A DNA stretch of 64,000 bases, taken from assembly GCA_963719225.1 (NCBI GenBank), contig CAVRAY010000001.1, positions 3,680,001 to 3,744,000 on the forward strand, read 5' to 3'. Source of the stretch: Thermoanaerobaculia bacterium (GTDB lineage: Bacteria > Acidobacteriota > Thermoanaerobaculia > UBA5066). Below, piece by piece: positions 8,402-17,663 of the stretch. The position numbers and the translations under genes were made by a program. Numbering within the stretch: position 1 is the first letter of the stretch; each line of letters begins with the position of its first letter. The notes under the pieces are model-generated. The model saw only the letters and a program-made list of their open reading frames with translations. It had not been told where the DNA came from and did not search any database.

Positions 8402-10396
8402 TCACCTCTCCACCTGGAATTGGGAGGACGTCGCGACGAGATACGTCGCCTGCTGCGCCATCGAGCGCGGGGTCGCCGGCGAAACCGCGTTCACGGCGGT
8501 GACGATGGCCGCCTTGGCGCTCGCCGAGAGAAGTCCGTGGCAGAGCCGCTGGTTCAACTCTTCGACCATCGCAGCGGGATTGCCAGAGAGCGTCTGGATC
8601 CCGCCGAGGTCCAGCGAAGTGCCGAAGGGATTGTTCGTCCCGACGGGGATCGTCGAGTAGACGAGCGTGTTCACGAGATTCGCGCGGCGGAGGGAGGTCG
8701 ACGCCGAGAGGATCCCGAACTCCGGCCCGAGAAGCGACGTGCCGGGCGTCAGGTAGTCCGCGGGGTAATAGCTGAATACCGTATCGGGCTGGAAAATGTT
8801 CTGCCCGAGGCTCGTGACCTGCGGGTTGAGGATGCCGTCGGACAATGAGGCGCCGTTCGCCGAACGCGCGCCGAGGCTCCTGAGGAGCGAGATCGTGAAC
8901 ATCGCCGGATCTCTGAGGGACCCGAAGCCGGAGCTCGCCGCACCCGCGAGCGCTTCGGGGTCCGTCACGATCTGGGTGACCACTGCCTTGAGGTCGCCCC
9001 GCACGCCGAAGCCGTTGTTGTTGAACTTCGCGGCGACCCGCGCGACGTAGGCGGGAGAGGGATTGGACGTCACGAGGTTCCGGATCAGCGCGCCGCCGAT
9101 GAACGGTCCCACGTTCGGGTGGTTGAAGACGTTGTCGATGGCGTCGTTCAAGTCCTTGTCGGCCGTCTGGGTGGTGACGCACGGCGCCACGGCGCCGCGG
9201 CAGGGAAGGACCGTGCCATTCAGAAGAGTCTTGGCGCCCTTGTCGTGTTTCGTGTCGTCGAGGACCATCGGGGTGATGTAGTCGTCGGTGTTGGGGGCGG
9301 GATCGGGGGCGAATTTCCAGCCCGTGAAGACCCGTGCGAACTCGGTGATCGTCGCCTGGTCGTACGTCGGGATCGGATCCCCGTTGATGTCGAGCTGCGG
9401 CGTCCCGTCGAGGTTGAGCTTCTCGAGGCCGATGGAGAAGAGCTGGAGGACCTCCCGCCCGTAGTTCTCGTTGGGGAGAGACAGCGTGGAGGTGTTCATG
9501 TTGAGGTAAGAGCCCATCGCCGGGTTCAGCGTCATCTGATAGAGGATGGTCCGGTAGTTCCCGAAGGCGTTGTTCACGAGGATGTTCAGGTACGGAACCA
9601 TCCGGCTGGGCTGGCCGATGTCCTGCCCGTTGATCGGAATGATCTTGTGCAGCGCCCACGCGACGCGCTGCCGCAGCTGGTCCGAAAGATAGATCGAGTT
9701 GTAGAAGAACTGCTTCTGAAGCAGGTACATCGTGTAGTTGTCGCGAGGGCACGTGCCGGTGCAAGCGGAGCCCTGCTGGTTCGGGAAGAGCGCCATGGAC
9801 GCGTATACCGATGGCGGCGCCGCGAACTGCTCGGTGAGGAAACCACCCATTCCGACATCGCGAATGTGACTAACGAGCCCCGGACTCGACCCGAACGTCG
9901 CAGTGTTCGCAAAGGCGGCGAGGGTCGTGGCGGGAGTCGTGGGCGGATCCTCGAAATACCCCGACACGTCGATGAGGAAGTGAGTCGTGCCGAGCGTCTG
10001 CTGGCAGATGACGACGATGTCTCCGTTCGTGCCGAGCCGGGCGATGAAGTTGTTCGCCCGCGTCTTGCCTGCCTTGTAGCTGATCGCCGTCGATGTCCCG
10101 GTCGGAGCGCCTCCGGGGAAGATCGCGAGAGAACCGCCCGCGCCGGGCGTCACGACCGCGATGTTCATGTTCACGGCGCGCGCCGTCGCCGGGATGCCGC
10201 ACGTCCCCACGAGCGTGAACGCGCGTGACGCCCCGAACGAGAGCGCGGGCCCGCCGTAGGCTCCGTTCGGGTTGCGCGTGTCGGCGACGCGGCAGGGCGT
10301 GATCGGGAAGAACTTTGTCTGAGGGAGGCTCTGAGCGGCGAGGGGGGTCGAGAAGAGGAGCGCGAGAAGTAATGAGCGATTCGAGCAATGCTTCAT
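8402..10396 (-). CDS. Secreted DUF1800 domain protein with extra N-terminal beta domain
   Basis: Signal peptide; ITPCRVADTR..HFLIDVSGYF domain; QLRQRVAWAL, NPAMGSYLN, PNENYGREVLQLFSIG, LVTSNPSPAYVARVA. Confidence 0.9.
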   Translation of the reverse strand: MKHCSNRSLLLALLFSTPLAAQSLPQTKFFPITPCRVADTRNPNGAYGGPALSFGASRAFTLVGTCGIPATARAVNMNIAVVTPGAGGSLAIFPGGAPTGTSTAISYKAGKTRANNFIARLGTNGDIVVICQQTLGTTHFLIDVSGYFEDPPTTPATTLAAFANTATFGSSPGLVSHIRDVGMGGFLTEQFAAPPSVYASMALFPNQQGSACTGTCPRDNYTMYLLQKQFFYNSIYLSDQLRQRVAWALHKIIPINGQDIGQPSRMVPYLNILVNNAFGNYRTILYQMTLNPAMGSYLNMNTSTLSLPNENYGREVLQLFSIGLEKLNLDGTPQLDINGDPIPTYDQATITEFARVFTGWKFAPDPAPNTDDYITPMVLDDTKHDKGAKTLLNGTVLPCRGAVAPCVTTQTADKDLNDAIDNVFNHPNVGPFIGGALIRNLVTSNPSPAYVARVAAKFNNNGFGVRGDLKAVVTQIVTDPEALAGAASSGFGSLRDPAMFTISLLRSLGARSANGASLSDGILNPQVTSLGQNIFQPDTVFSYYPADYLTPGTSLLGPEFGILSASTSLRRANLVNTLVYSTIPVGTNNPFGTSLDLGGIQTLSGNPAAMVEELNQRLCHGLLSASAKAAIVTAVNAVSPATPRSMAQQATYLVATSSQFQVER

Positions 10397-10647
10397 CCTG
10401 TACTCCCGCGGGCGTCCCGCACGTCGATGGTTTGTCGTTCACATTCGGCCGACAGGCCGGGAGAAAAAGTGGGCTGGATCTCTTGACGAGTAGTGACTCA
10501 AGCTACCCCGGTCTTGCGTTCAAATGCAAGGTTTTTTGAGGCTCCGCGTAAGGTATTGAGAATAAGTCTCTTGCGCGATCCACCCCGAGGGCGGGTTCAG
10601 GTTCGTCGTCCAGTTTCTAGCGCCCGCACGTGAACAGCTAGAATGGA

Positions 10648-12003
10648 ATGGCCTTGCCACCTCTCGGCCTTCGCACGCTTCGTATCGCGGTCGTCGACGA
10701 CGACGAAGGCGTGCGCGACCTGATTCGCACGGCGCTCGACCGCGTCGGCGCGACCGTCGACCTCTTCCCCGGCTCGCAGGTCTTTCTGGACCGCGCCATC
10801 TTCACGGACTACGACGTGATCTTCTGCGACCTGATGCTCCCGGGAATGTCGGGCATCGATCTCCTCTTCGAGGTGCGCGGCAAAGCGCCGGCCGTCCCGT
10901 TCGTCATCATCTCGGGCCAGGCCGCGGTCTCGGATGCCATCGAGGCGATGAAGGCCGGCGCGACGGACTTCATCGTGAAGCCCTTCCGCATCCAGAGCCT
11001 CCTCGACGTCGTGAAGCGCCTCACGCAGGACATCGCGCCGCGCACGGCCTCCGGCATCTGGCGGCGCGAGAAGGAGCAGAACTTCGCAGTCGGACACGCT
11101 CCCTCCTGGAAGCTCCTGCTCGAAAAGGCGCGCCGCGTCGCCGAGCTCTCCTCGACGGTTCTCATTCGCGGCGAGACGGGCACGGGCAAGGAGGTCGTCG
11201 CGAAGTACATCGCGTCGTTCGGCCCGCGCGCGGGCAAGCCGTTCGTCACGCTGAACTGCGCAGCGATTCCCGACGACCTCATCGAGAGCGAGCTCTTCGG
11301 ACACGTGCGCGGCGCCTTCAGCGGGGCCACGAACGCGCGGCGCGGCCTGTTCGAGGAAGCCGAGGGCGGAACGCTCCTCCTCGACGAGATCGGCTCCATG
11401 CCGATGGCGGCCCAGGCGAAGGTCCTGCGCGCGCTCGAGGAGTTTCAGATCCGCCGCGTCGGGGACAACCGCAACGTCGCGGTCGACGTCCGCATCCTGG
11501 CTTCCACGAATCTCGACATGGAAGCGGCCATCCAACGGCACATCTTTCGCGACGACCTCTACTACCGCCTCGCGGTCGTCACGCTCTGGGTGCCCCCGCT
11601 GAGGGAACGCGGCGAGGACAAGCTCGCGCTCGCCGACCACTTCCTCCGGATGTTCTCGAAACCCTCCCAGTACCCTCGGCGGCTCTCGGCCGAGGCGAAA
11701 GACCTCATCCTCCACGACCCGTTCCCCGGGAACGCGCGTGAGCTGAAGCATTCCATCGAGCAGGCCTGCGCACTGTCGGCCCACGAGGAGCTCGTGGCGG
11801 ACGATTTCCCGCTGCTCATGGCGCGTGCCGACGCCATCAGCCCGGACGATCTCGAGGCCGTGACCGAAGGCCCGCGCACCGTGACGCTCGAGCGCCTCCA
11901 GGAAGCTCTCGAGAAGACCGGCGGTAACCGCGTGGAGGCGGCGCGCCAGCTCCACATCAGCCGCTCGACGCTCTATCGAATGCTCAGGAAGCAGGCTGGA
12001 TAG
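10648..12003 (+). CDS. sigma54-dependent response regulator (REC-AAA+-HTH)
   Basis: VVDDD, CDLMLPG, GETGTGKE, ESELFGHVRGAFSGA, ISRSTLYR. Confidence 0.93.
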   Translation: MALPPLGLRTLRIAVVDDDEGVRDLIRTALDRVGATVDLFPGSQVFLDRAIFTDYDVIFCDLMLPGMSGIDLLFEVRGKAPAVPFVIISGQAAVSDAIEAMKAGATDFIVKPFRIQSLLDVVKRLTQDIAPRTASGIWRREKEQNFAVGHAPSWKLLLEKARRVAELSSTVLIRGETGTGKEVVAKYIASFGPRAGKPFVTLNCAAIPDDLIESELFGHVRGAFSGATNARRGLFEEAEGGTLLLDEIGSMPMAAQAKVLRALEEFQIRRVGDNRNVAVDVRILASTNLDMEAAIQRHIFRDDLYYRLAVVTLWVPPLRERGEDKLALADHFLRMFSKPSQYPRRLSAEAKDLILHDPFPGNARELKHSIEQACALSAHEELVADDFPLLMARADAISPDDLEAVTEGPRTVTLERLQEALEKTGGNRVEAARQLHISRSTLYRMLRKQAG

Positions 12004-12012
12004 CGTTCCTCG

Positions 12013-12477
12013 TCAGCGCGGACTCGCGCTCAGAGCGACGGGCCACGGGTAAACCCCGGGCCGCGCGTCGCCGGAGAGGAAGAAGCGATAGCCGAGCGAG
12101 GCGGTCACGAGCGTCTTGCCCGCGTACGGCTGCGCGAGCCAGCCGCCGGCGGCGCTCACCTGCGCGGTCGAGCCCAGGCCCGTCACCTCGAGCGCGCGAT
12201 AAGGGCCCTGCAGGGGCTGAAACTCGAGGAGCCAGCCGGCAGGCGAATTTGCCCGGACCCGAACGAGCGAGGCTCCGGGCGCCTCGACCCAGCCGCGCGC
12301 CACGTCCTGCTCGGTGATCTCGAGGCCCGCCGGCTGGGACTCGACAGAAAGGACCGCCCGCGCAGGCACGACGACCGAGACGGAGAGCGACGCGGAAATG
12401 GTGCCCGCGTGGGCGGGGAGCGCGGCCGCGAGGAAGGCGGCGAGAAGGAGGACCGAAGTTCTTTTTCCGTTTTGCAT
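12013..12477 (-). CDS. Secreted hypothetical protein, likely pilus-associated beta-rich subunit
   Basis: Signal peptide (AHA cleavage), alternating SASLSVSVVV strand, follows the Csu operon on the same strand. Confidence 0.6.
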   Translation of the reverse strand: MQNGKRTSVLLLAAFLAAALPAHAGTISASLSVSVVVPARAVLSVESQPAGLEITEQDVARGWVEAPGASLVRVRANSPAGWLLEFQPLQGPYRALEVTGLGSTAQVSAAGGWLAQPYAGKTLVTASLGYRFFLSGDARPGVYPWPVALSASPR

Positions 12478-12502
12478 GACTCACGTCCCTCGACGGAGTC
12501 AT

Positions 12503-12518
12503 TGCGGGAGTCATGCCG
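12503..12518 (-). promoter_or_regulatory. Possible internal sigma54 promoter
   Basis: CGGCATGACTCCCGCA (GG-N10-GC, imperfect -12) with IHF-like GCTCAATGACTTA at 12545-12557. Confidence 0.4.
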
Positions 12519-12634
12519 GCGCAAATTCTCCCGACACCCTTGTGGCTCAATGACTTAGAGGGCGGGCTCGCGGGAGCGCGGCACAGGTGAAACGTGCCGG
12601 ACACGTGCCTGGAACAGCCGGGCTTGCGGCCTAG

Positions 12635-13099
12635 CTAGAAGTTCAAAGTCACGGTGATCGTGTCGGTGTAGTTCCCGACGCCGACGTCCTGGCCGGCGGG
12701 GATTGTCCCGTAGACGGTGAGCGTGTGAACGTTCGTGTCGTTCGGATTGACGGAGAATTCGTAAGTGGTCCCGGTGCCGTCTCCCCAGACCTGACTGTTC
12801 GCCGCGTCCTTGTAGAGGTTGTAATAGAAGTTGCTGCCCGACCCGAGAGTGCGGTTCGCGAACGTCCCGGAGCCCGCCGAAAGATCCATCGTCATCCTCT
12901 TGTTTCCCTGCACGTCGGTGCACGAGTAGCTGATCGACCCTGTGGCCGTCTTGGGGCTGGCGCTGAAAACGTCGTAAGAGCCAAAGTTCACGCCGGTCAC
13001 TCCGTTGAATATGCATGTCGGGTTCGCGCCGACGGCACGCGGCGCGAGGGCGAAGAGCGGCAGGAGCGCGAGGCACGCGAGGACGAGGCTTTTCTTCAT
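12635..13099 (-). CDS. Spore coat U (SCPU/Csu-type) pilin subunit
   Basis: MKKSLVLAC signal; C..VNFGSYD..C..YNLYKDAA..VYGTIPAGQDVGVGNYTDTITVTLNF. Confidence 0.9.
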   Translation of the reverse strand: MKKSLVLACLALLPLFALAPRAVGANPTCIFNGVTGVNFGSYDVFSASPKTATGSISYSCTDVQGNKRMTMDLSAGSGTFANRTLGSGSNFYYNLYKDAANSQVWGDGTGTTYEFSVNPNDTNVHTLTVYGTIPAGQDVGVGNYTDTITVTLNF

Positions 13100-15402
13100 G
13101 GGTTCTTCCCGCTTTCCTTGGGGGCTTCGCAGCGCAGAGTTCCGAGATTGACGAACGCGGACTTGGACGCGGGAACGGCGAGCGTGAACCGGCAGACCTT
13201 TTCCTTGAGCTCGACCGCGGCGGGATAACGGCCCGGCGAGAGGTTCTCGAGATAAAAGCCTCCGTCGCCGCCCACGGGCGAAACCTGCTTCCTGCCGTCC
13301 GGACTCGTCACGGTCAGCTCTCCGTAAGAGGGAGCTTTCTCCGTTCCCGCCTCGACGATCAAGAGGCGGCCCGTCACGGTCGTGACGCGCTTCACCGGAA
13401 ACTCGACGACCGCGCCGCCACGATACGGCGTCGCCACTATGCGCTCCACCGACCCGATCTCGTAGTCGACGGGCACGTCCCGGTCCGCGATTCCGATCCG
13501 GTTTCCGTAATAGGGGATCAGGCCCGGAACCAGGAGGTCGCCGTTCGCGTTCGTCGTCCCGACGTCCTGATTGCTCGCGGTGCCATGAACGCCCGAGAGA
13601 CCGGGCACGCGGATGAGCGCGAAGCTGTCGATCACGGGGCGCGTCGGAAGCAGCGTTCCGCCGAGCGCCACGATCCCGCCGGACGCGCTGAGCGTCGACG
13701 AGGTCTCGCCGCCGAGGCGCAGCACCGAGGCCTCGTAGCGTCCGAAGGGGGCGTTGTATTGGACGACGCCGCTCGCGCTGCCCGGCCCGTCCCCGGCGGT
13801 CCCGTTGAAGCGATACCCGAAGCCGGTGCCGACCGGCAGCGATTTCTGGACGTCGATCGACCCCGTGTTCTGTCCGTCCTGATGGCTGTACGAGGCAAGC
13901 GCCGTCGTGTTCTTCCCGAGAAAACAGCTCAGCCCGACGAAGGCCTCGTTCGACTGCGCCGATCCCTGAAAGACTCGCGCATAGGTGAAGAAAAGAGTGA
14001 GATCGCGCGTGAGGCTCGAGGAGTTCGACAGCGAGGCGCGCTGGAACGAAGGTGCGTCGCGTGGAATGGTTCCGCTGTATTGCAGCGTGAGGCTCGCGAG
14101 CCGTCCGAGCTGGATTCCGACGAAGGCGTTCCCGTCCCAGCGGGGCCGGTCCCGATCGGCGGACAGGCCGAGTGCCGCGTAGTGAGGGCTGAGCGTGCGG
14201 GCGAAGACGCCGAAGTTGACGGGCCGGCCGACATAGCGATACGAGAGCGACGCCGCGCTGCCGGCGAGGCCGGACTGCCGGCTCGCGGCGACGTACCCCT
14301 CGATCTCGCCGAACGAAAGGCGCCAAGCGAAGCCGGGACCCCCGCTCACGAGATGATCGTCGGCCTCGAGGCGCAGCTCGGCCGTCAGCGAGCTCGAAAA
14401 GCCATAGCGGTGGCGGCCGAGGAACGAAAGCGAGCCGTAGTCCCAGCTCTCCGTCGAAAGGTTGTCCCTTCGAAAGCCGAGGTTGTATGTGAACTCCGAC
14501 AGCCCCTTGGCGAGGACGGCGGTCGAAGCATAGAAGCCGCTCGTGATCTCGCGCTCCTGCCCGAAAACGTCCTTGACGACGACGCGCGTCGTGCCGTTGC
14601 CGGCCGGCAGGAGCAGGTTCGAAAGCTGGAACGTGCCCGGCCCGATGGCCTCGCGCTTCACGATGTTGCCGTTGACGTAGACGTCGACCGTGGAGGGCGT
14701 CGTCGCGGCGCCCGTGAGCGCGAACGACGGGTAGCGCACGAAGTAGGGGTCGAGGTCGAAGCTTCGCGAGACGCTGAGCCCGGCGAAGAAGAGCGAGCCT
14801 CCGATGCCTCCCGCCGCGGCGAAGGAGTCGCCGGCGACCCATCTCACGAGCCTCGTGCGGTCGTCGCGCGTGCCGTTCGTGAGGCCGCGGACGACGCTTC
14901 CGTCCTGGGTGCGCAGCACCGCGCCGTAGAAAAGATTTCCGCCGAGGCTGAGTCCCGCCTCGCCGAACCCGTTCCAGGTCTTCAGGTCCGTCACGTTGAC
15001 GGCGTAGTTCGCGAACAAGCTCGGGCTCGAAAGGAAGGCGAGGCCGGCGGGCCGCGTTACGCCGAGATCGAGGACCTGTCCGGCGAGCCAGGTCGGCGGG
15101 ACGGTCACCGAGAGGGTCACGGTCTCGGGATCGAGCCGGTAGGTGGCGGCGGGGGCGAGCGAAGCGAGCGAGATCCATTCCTCGCCATCGCGCGACTCGC
15201 GGCGCCCCTGAAAACCGCTCACGCCGGCCGCCGAGAAGTCCCGCACCCGGAGAAGGACGTCCTCACCCACGAACACCGCCAGCACATCGCCCTTCGGCAC
15301 CGTGTTGACGGAAAGGGGAACGACGGCCCGCTGGGACGGCGCGGCCACAGCCGTGGCGGCGAGCGTGACGGCGAGAGCCAGAAGAAGACATCGCGCTCTC
15401 AC
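13096..15402 (-). CDS. Fimbrial outer-membrane usher (CsuD-like)
   Basis: Probable GTG start 15402 with signal peptide; PSTVDVYVNG, VVKDVFGQE, LAKGLSEFTYNLGFRR, GTTNANGDLLVPGL. Confidence 0.9.
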   Translation of the reverse strand: MRARCLLLALAVTLAATAVAAPSQRAVVPLSVNTVPKGDVLAVFVGEDVLLRVRDFSAAGVSGFQGRRESRDGEEWISLASLAPAATYRLDPETVTLSVTVPPTWLAGQVLDLGVTRPAGLAFLSSPSLFANYAVNVTDLKTWNGFGEAGLSLGGNLFYGAVLRTQDGSVVRGLTNGTRDDRTRLVRWVAGDSFAAAGGIGGSLFFAGLSVSRSFDLDPYFVRYPSFALTGAATTPSTVDVYVNGNIVKREAIGPGTFQLSNLLLPAGNGTTRVVVKDVFGQEREITSGFYASTAVLAKGLSEFTYNLGFRRDNLSTESWDYGSLSFLGRHRYGFSSSLTAELRLEADDHLVSGGPGFAWRLSFGEIEGYVAASRQSGLAGSAASLSYRYVGRPVNFGVFARTLSPHYAALGLSADRDRPRWDGNAFVGIQLGRLASLTLQYSGTIPRDAPSFQRASLSNSSSLTRDLTLFFTYARVFQGSAQSNEAFVGLSCFLGKNTTALASYSHQDGQNTGSIDVQKSLPVGTGFGYRFNGTAGDGPGSASGVVQYNAPFGRYEASVLRLGGETSSTLSASGGIVALGGTLLPTRPVIDSFALIRVPGLSGVHGTASNQDVGTTNANGDLLVPGLIPYYGNRIGIADRDVPVDYEIGSVERIVATPYRGGAVVEFPVKRVTTVTGRLLIVEAGTEKAPSYGELTVTSPDGRKQVSPVGGDGGFYLENLSPGRYPAAVELKEKVCRFTLAVPASKSAFVNLGTLRCEAPKESGKNP

Positions 15403-15431
15403 GAGCAGGCAGAGCGCAAGCGACGCTCCTC

Positions 15432-16220
15432 TCAGTGCGACGCCGGCCCGCAAGCCTCCGGCGTCACGGCGAGCGAGGCCTTCCAGGCGTCGCGCTCGGT
15501 CTTCGCCTCGAGGGAGATCGTCTTCGTCCGCAGGCACTCGGCCGGCGGAATCGCGATCTCGTAAGCGCGCTCGCCCCCCGCGAGGACGTACCAACCCGCA
15601 GCCTGATTCTCGAACGTCTTGGCCCCGTCGGCGCCCGCCCCTGACGTACGCACCGAAATCAGCGAGAACGCCGCGTTGCCCGTGTTCTTCACCTGGAACT
15701 TCACGGTTCCGGATTCCAGCTTCGCGTTCTCGATCGCTCCGCTTCGGGTGATCTTCGCCGGCTGGACGAAGATCGGAACGCCGAAGCGCGTCAGGACTTT
15801 GACCTCGGACTTGTTTCCGGCCTCGGAAGGCTTCTCCAGAGGCGGAAGCTCCTCGACGAAGACACGATACGTTCTTTCGACCGCTCCCGGAGGCTTCGAG
15901 ACGCCGATCCGGATCTTTCGTTCTTTCCCTGGCTCGAGCGTGAGGAGAGCCGGGAAGAACACGACGTCTTCCGTCGGCGCGAGCTCGATCTCGCCGCGAG
16001 GGCTCTGGTTCCACCCGAAGGCGGTCACCTGGAGGCGCACGCTTTCCGCGCTCTGGTTCTCGACCGCGAGGAGCTCGGTGGCCTTGCCGGCGGACAGGTA
16101 GATCTGGATCGGCGAGACTTTGAACGTGGCGGCGGCCGCCGGACAGGCCGCGAGAAACACGAAAAATGCGAGCGCTGTCCGGCGGAGCCGCCCATTCCTG
16201 GCGGAAAAGACTTCGTCCAC
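15432..16220 (-). CDS. Fimbrial assembly chaperone (CsuC/PapD-like)
   Basis: FKVSPIQIYL, FFPALLTLEPG..IRIG, ERTYRVFVEELP, RFGVPIFVQP, VKNTGN; start uncertain. Confidence 0.88.
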   Translation of the reverse strand: MDEVFSARNGRLRRTALAFFVFLAACPAAAATFKVSPIQIYLSAGKATELLAVENQSAESVRLQVTAFGWNQSPRGEIELAPTEDVVFFPALLTLEPGKERKIRIGVSKPPGAVERTYRVFVEELPPLEKPSEAGNKSEVKVLTRFGVPIFVQPAKITRSGAIENAKLESGTVKFQVKNTGNAAFSLISVRTSGAGADGAKTFENQAAGWYVLAGGERAYEIAIPPAECLRTKTISLEAKTERDAWKASLAVTPEACGPASH

Positions 16221-16237
16221 GATCGAGCCCCCTCTTC

Positions 16238-16765
16238 TCAGAAGTTGGCCGTTGCCACGACCGCATCGAAGTAGGTGGCGGCGAGAACGTCCTGAGCTTC
16301 TGGAATGCGACCGCAGACATTGTACGACCTGGGTTCCCGGCTGGGGGCGGAAGAGGGTGTGAAGACGGCGTCGCCGGCCGTACCCCATGTCTTCGGGGAC
16401 GCGAAGCTGCACGGCGCGCCTGGGCTCTCGGAAGCCGGCTTGTAGAGCTCGTAATTGATGAAACCCGTCCCGCCGCGCATCCGCCGCGCCGAGCCGGACG
16501 GGTTCGCGCCGGGACCGAGCGTGAGAGACGCCGACGTTCCCCGCGTGCACGTGATCGTGACTCCTCCGGTTCCGGTCACGGGAGCCGTGAGGTTCGCCAC
16601 GATGGGGTCGTACGAACCAAAGGCGACGGAGGAAGCGGAGATCCGGCAGTTGCCGGAGACCGTGACCGACACGCTCAAGGTCGCCGTGGCGCTTGCTCCG
16701 GCAAGCGGGCCGGCCCCGACGAGGGCGAGGGCGGCGGCGAAGGCGATGGCGAGCGGTCGTTTCAC
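16238..16765 (-). CDS. Spore coat U (Csu-type) pilin subunit
   Basis: Signal peptide, NCRIS..VAFGSYDP, ITCT, YELY, C-terminal ANF. Confidence 0.9.
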   Translation of the reverse strand: MKRPLAIAFAAALALVGAGPLAGASATATLSVSVTVSGNCRISASSVAFGSYDPIVANLTAPVTGTGGVTITCTRGTSASLTLGPGANPSGSARRMRGGTGFINYELYKPASESPGAPCSFASPKTWGTAGDAVFTPSSAPSREPRSYNVCGRIPEAQDVLAATYFDAVVATANF

Positions 16766-16876
16766 GGGGAGTTCCTTTCGGTCACCGCTGGCAGGATGCT
16801 GTTCTCGATTCGGCCATCAGGGTGACGCCGCCCGCGGATCGTGGACCCGGGGCGGCGTCGGATCGGTGGAGGAACT

Positions 16877-17344
16877 TCAGAAGTTGACGGTAAAAGTGAT
16901 CGTGCCGGTGTAGGCCGAGACGCCCACGTCCTGTCCGCCAGCGATCCGGCCGTAGATGTTCAGGTTGCGGGAGGCCTTCCCAGGAGCCGCTCCCATCGAG
17001 AAACCAGGGACAAAGGACGTTGTGCGGCCGGAGTCCGAAAAGAGAAGGTAATTCAGCGAGTCAGCACCGCCGGTCATCGCGCCGCCCGGAGCAGCGGTCG
17101 TGATGCTGGGGTTTACCCCCTTCGTGCAGGCAACGGCCATCGTGGTCGACCCGTCGAGAGCGGCCACGGCATTCGTGACGACCGGGTCGTAAGCGCCGAA
17201 GTTCAGCGTCCCGGCGCCGATCGTGCAGTTAGCCGCGACGCTCGCGTTCACGGTGAGCGTGCCGGTCGCGGTGGCCGCCAGGGCGGCCGGGGCGATCGCC
17301 ACGAGGGCGAAAGCGAGGGCGGTGATGGCGAGTGTCTTTTTCAT
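16877..17344 (-). CDS. Spore coat U (Csu-type) pilin, probable major subunit
   Basis: First gene of operon, strong AAGGAG SD; ANCTI..LNFGAYDP, VACTKG, IYGRIAGGQDV..TVNF. Confidence 0.9.
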   Translation of the reverse strand: MKKTLAITALAFALVAIAPAALAATATGTLTVNASVAANCTIGAGTLNFGAYDPVVTNAVAALDGSTTMAVACTKGVNPSITTAAPGGAMTGGADSLNYLLFSDSGRTTSFVPGFSMGAAPGKASRNLNIYGRIAGGQDVGVSAYTGTITFTVNF

Positions 17345-17460
17345 GGGATTCTCCTTTTTCTCTCTTTCCTCTTCGTGTTTTTCTTTTTCTGTTTGACACC
17401 CGAGGCGGCCTCTTGTGCTCCACGGAAGTGTGTCAGTCGTGTTTCACTGACACATATGTT

Positions 17461-17476
17461 AGCAACAAAAATGCCA
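17461..17476 (-). promoter_or_regulatory. sigma54 promoter of the pilus operon
   Basis: Minus strand TGGCATTTTTGTTGCT, near consensus; AT-rich IHF-like tract upstream at about 17515-17550. Confidence 0.8.
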
Positions 17477-17663
17477 TCCCTCTAGGAGAACAAAAACGCG
17501 GCCTCAAATTGCCAGCTAAGTATTTGTGCAAATAGGGATTTAAATACTAGGTATAGGCTTGGATCCAGGGTCAATCACCGGCTCTCCAGAGGGAGTTTGT
17601 GGACAAATTGTGTCGCTTCCAAGACCAGGGAGCAGCCGTTTACTCGAAGTCGGGCTTTTGCGG

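Noticed and set aside
16234-16246. CTTCTCAGAAG as another copy of the TTCTNAGAA motif
   Set aside because: Explained by the conserved pilin C-terminal Asn-Phe-stop codons
12635-17344. Sporulation, from spore coat U domains
   Set aside because: With usher and chaperone present these are Csu-type pilins
17345-17455. c-di-GMP riboswitch in the pilus leader
   Set aside because: I could not match the GEMM consensus by eye; an Rfam scan would be needed
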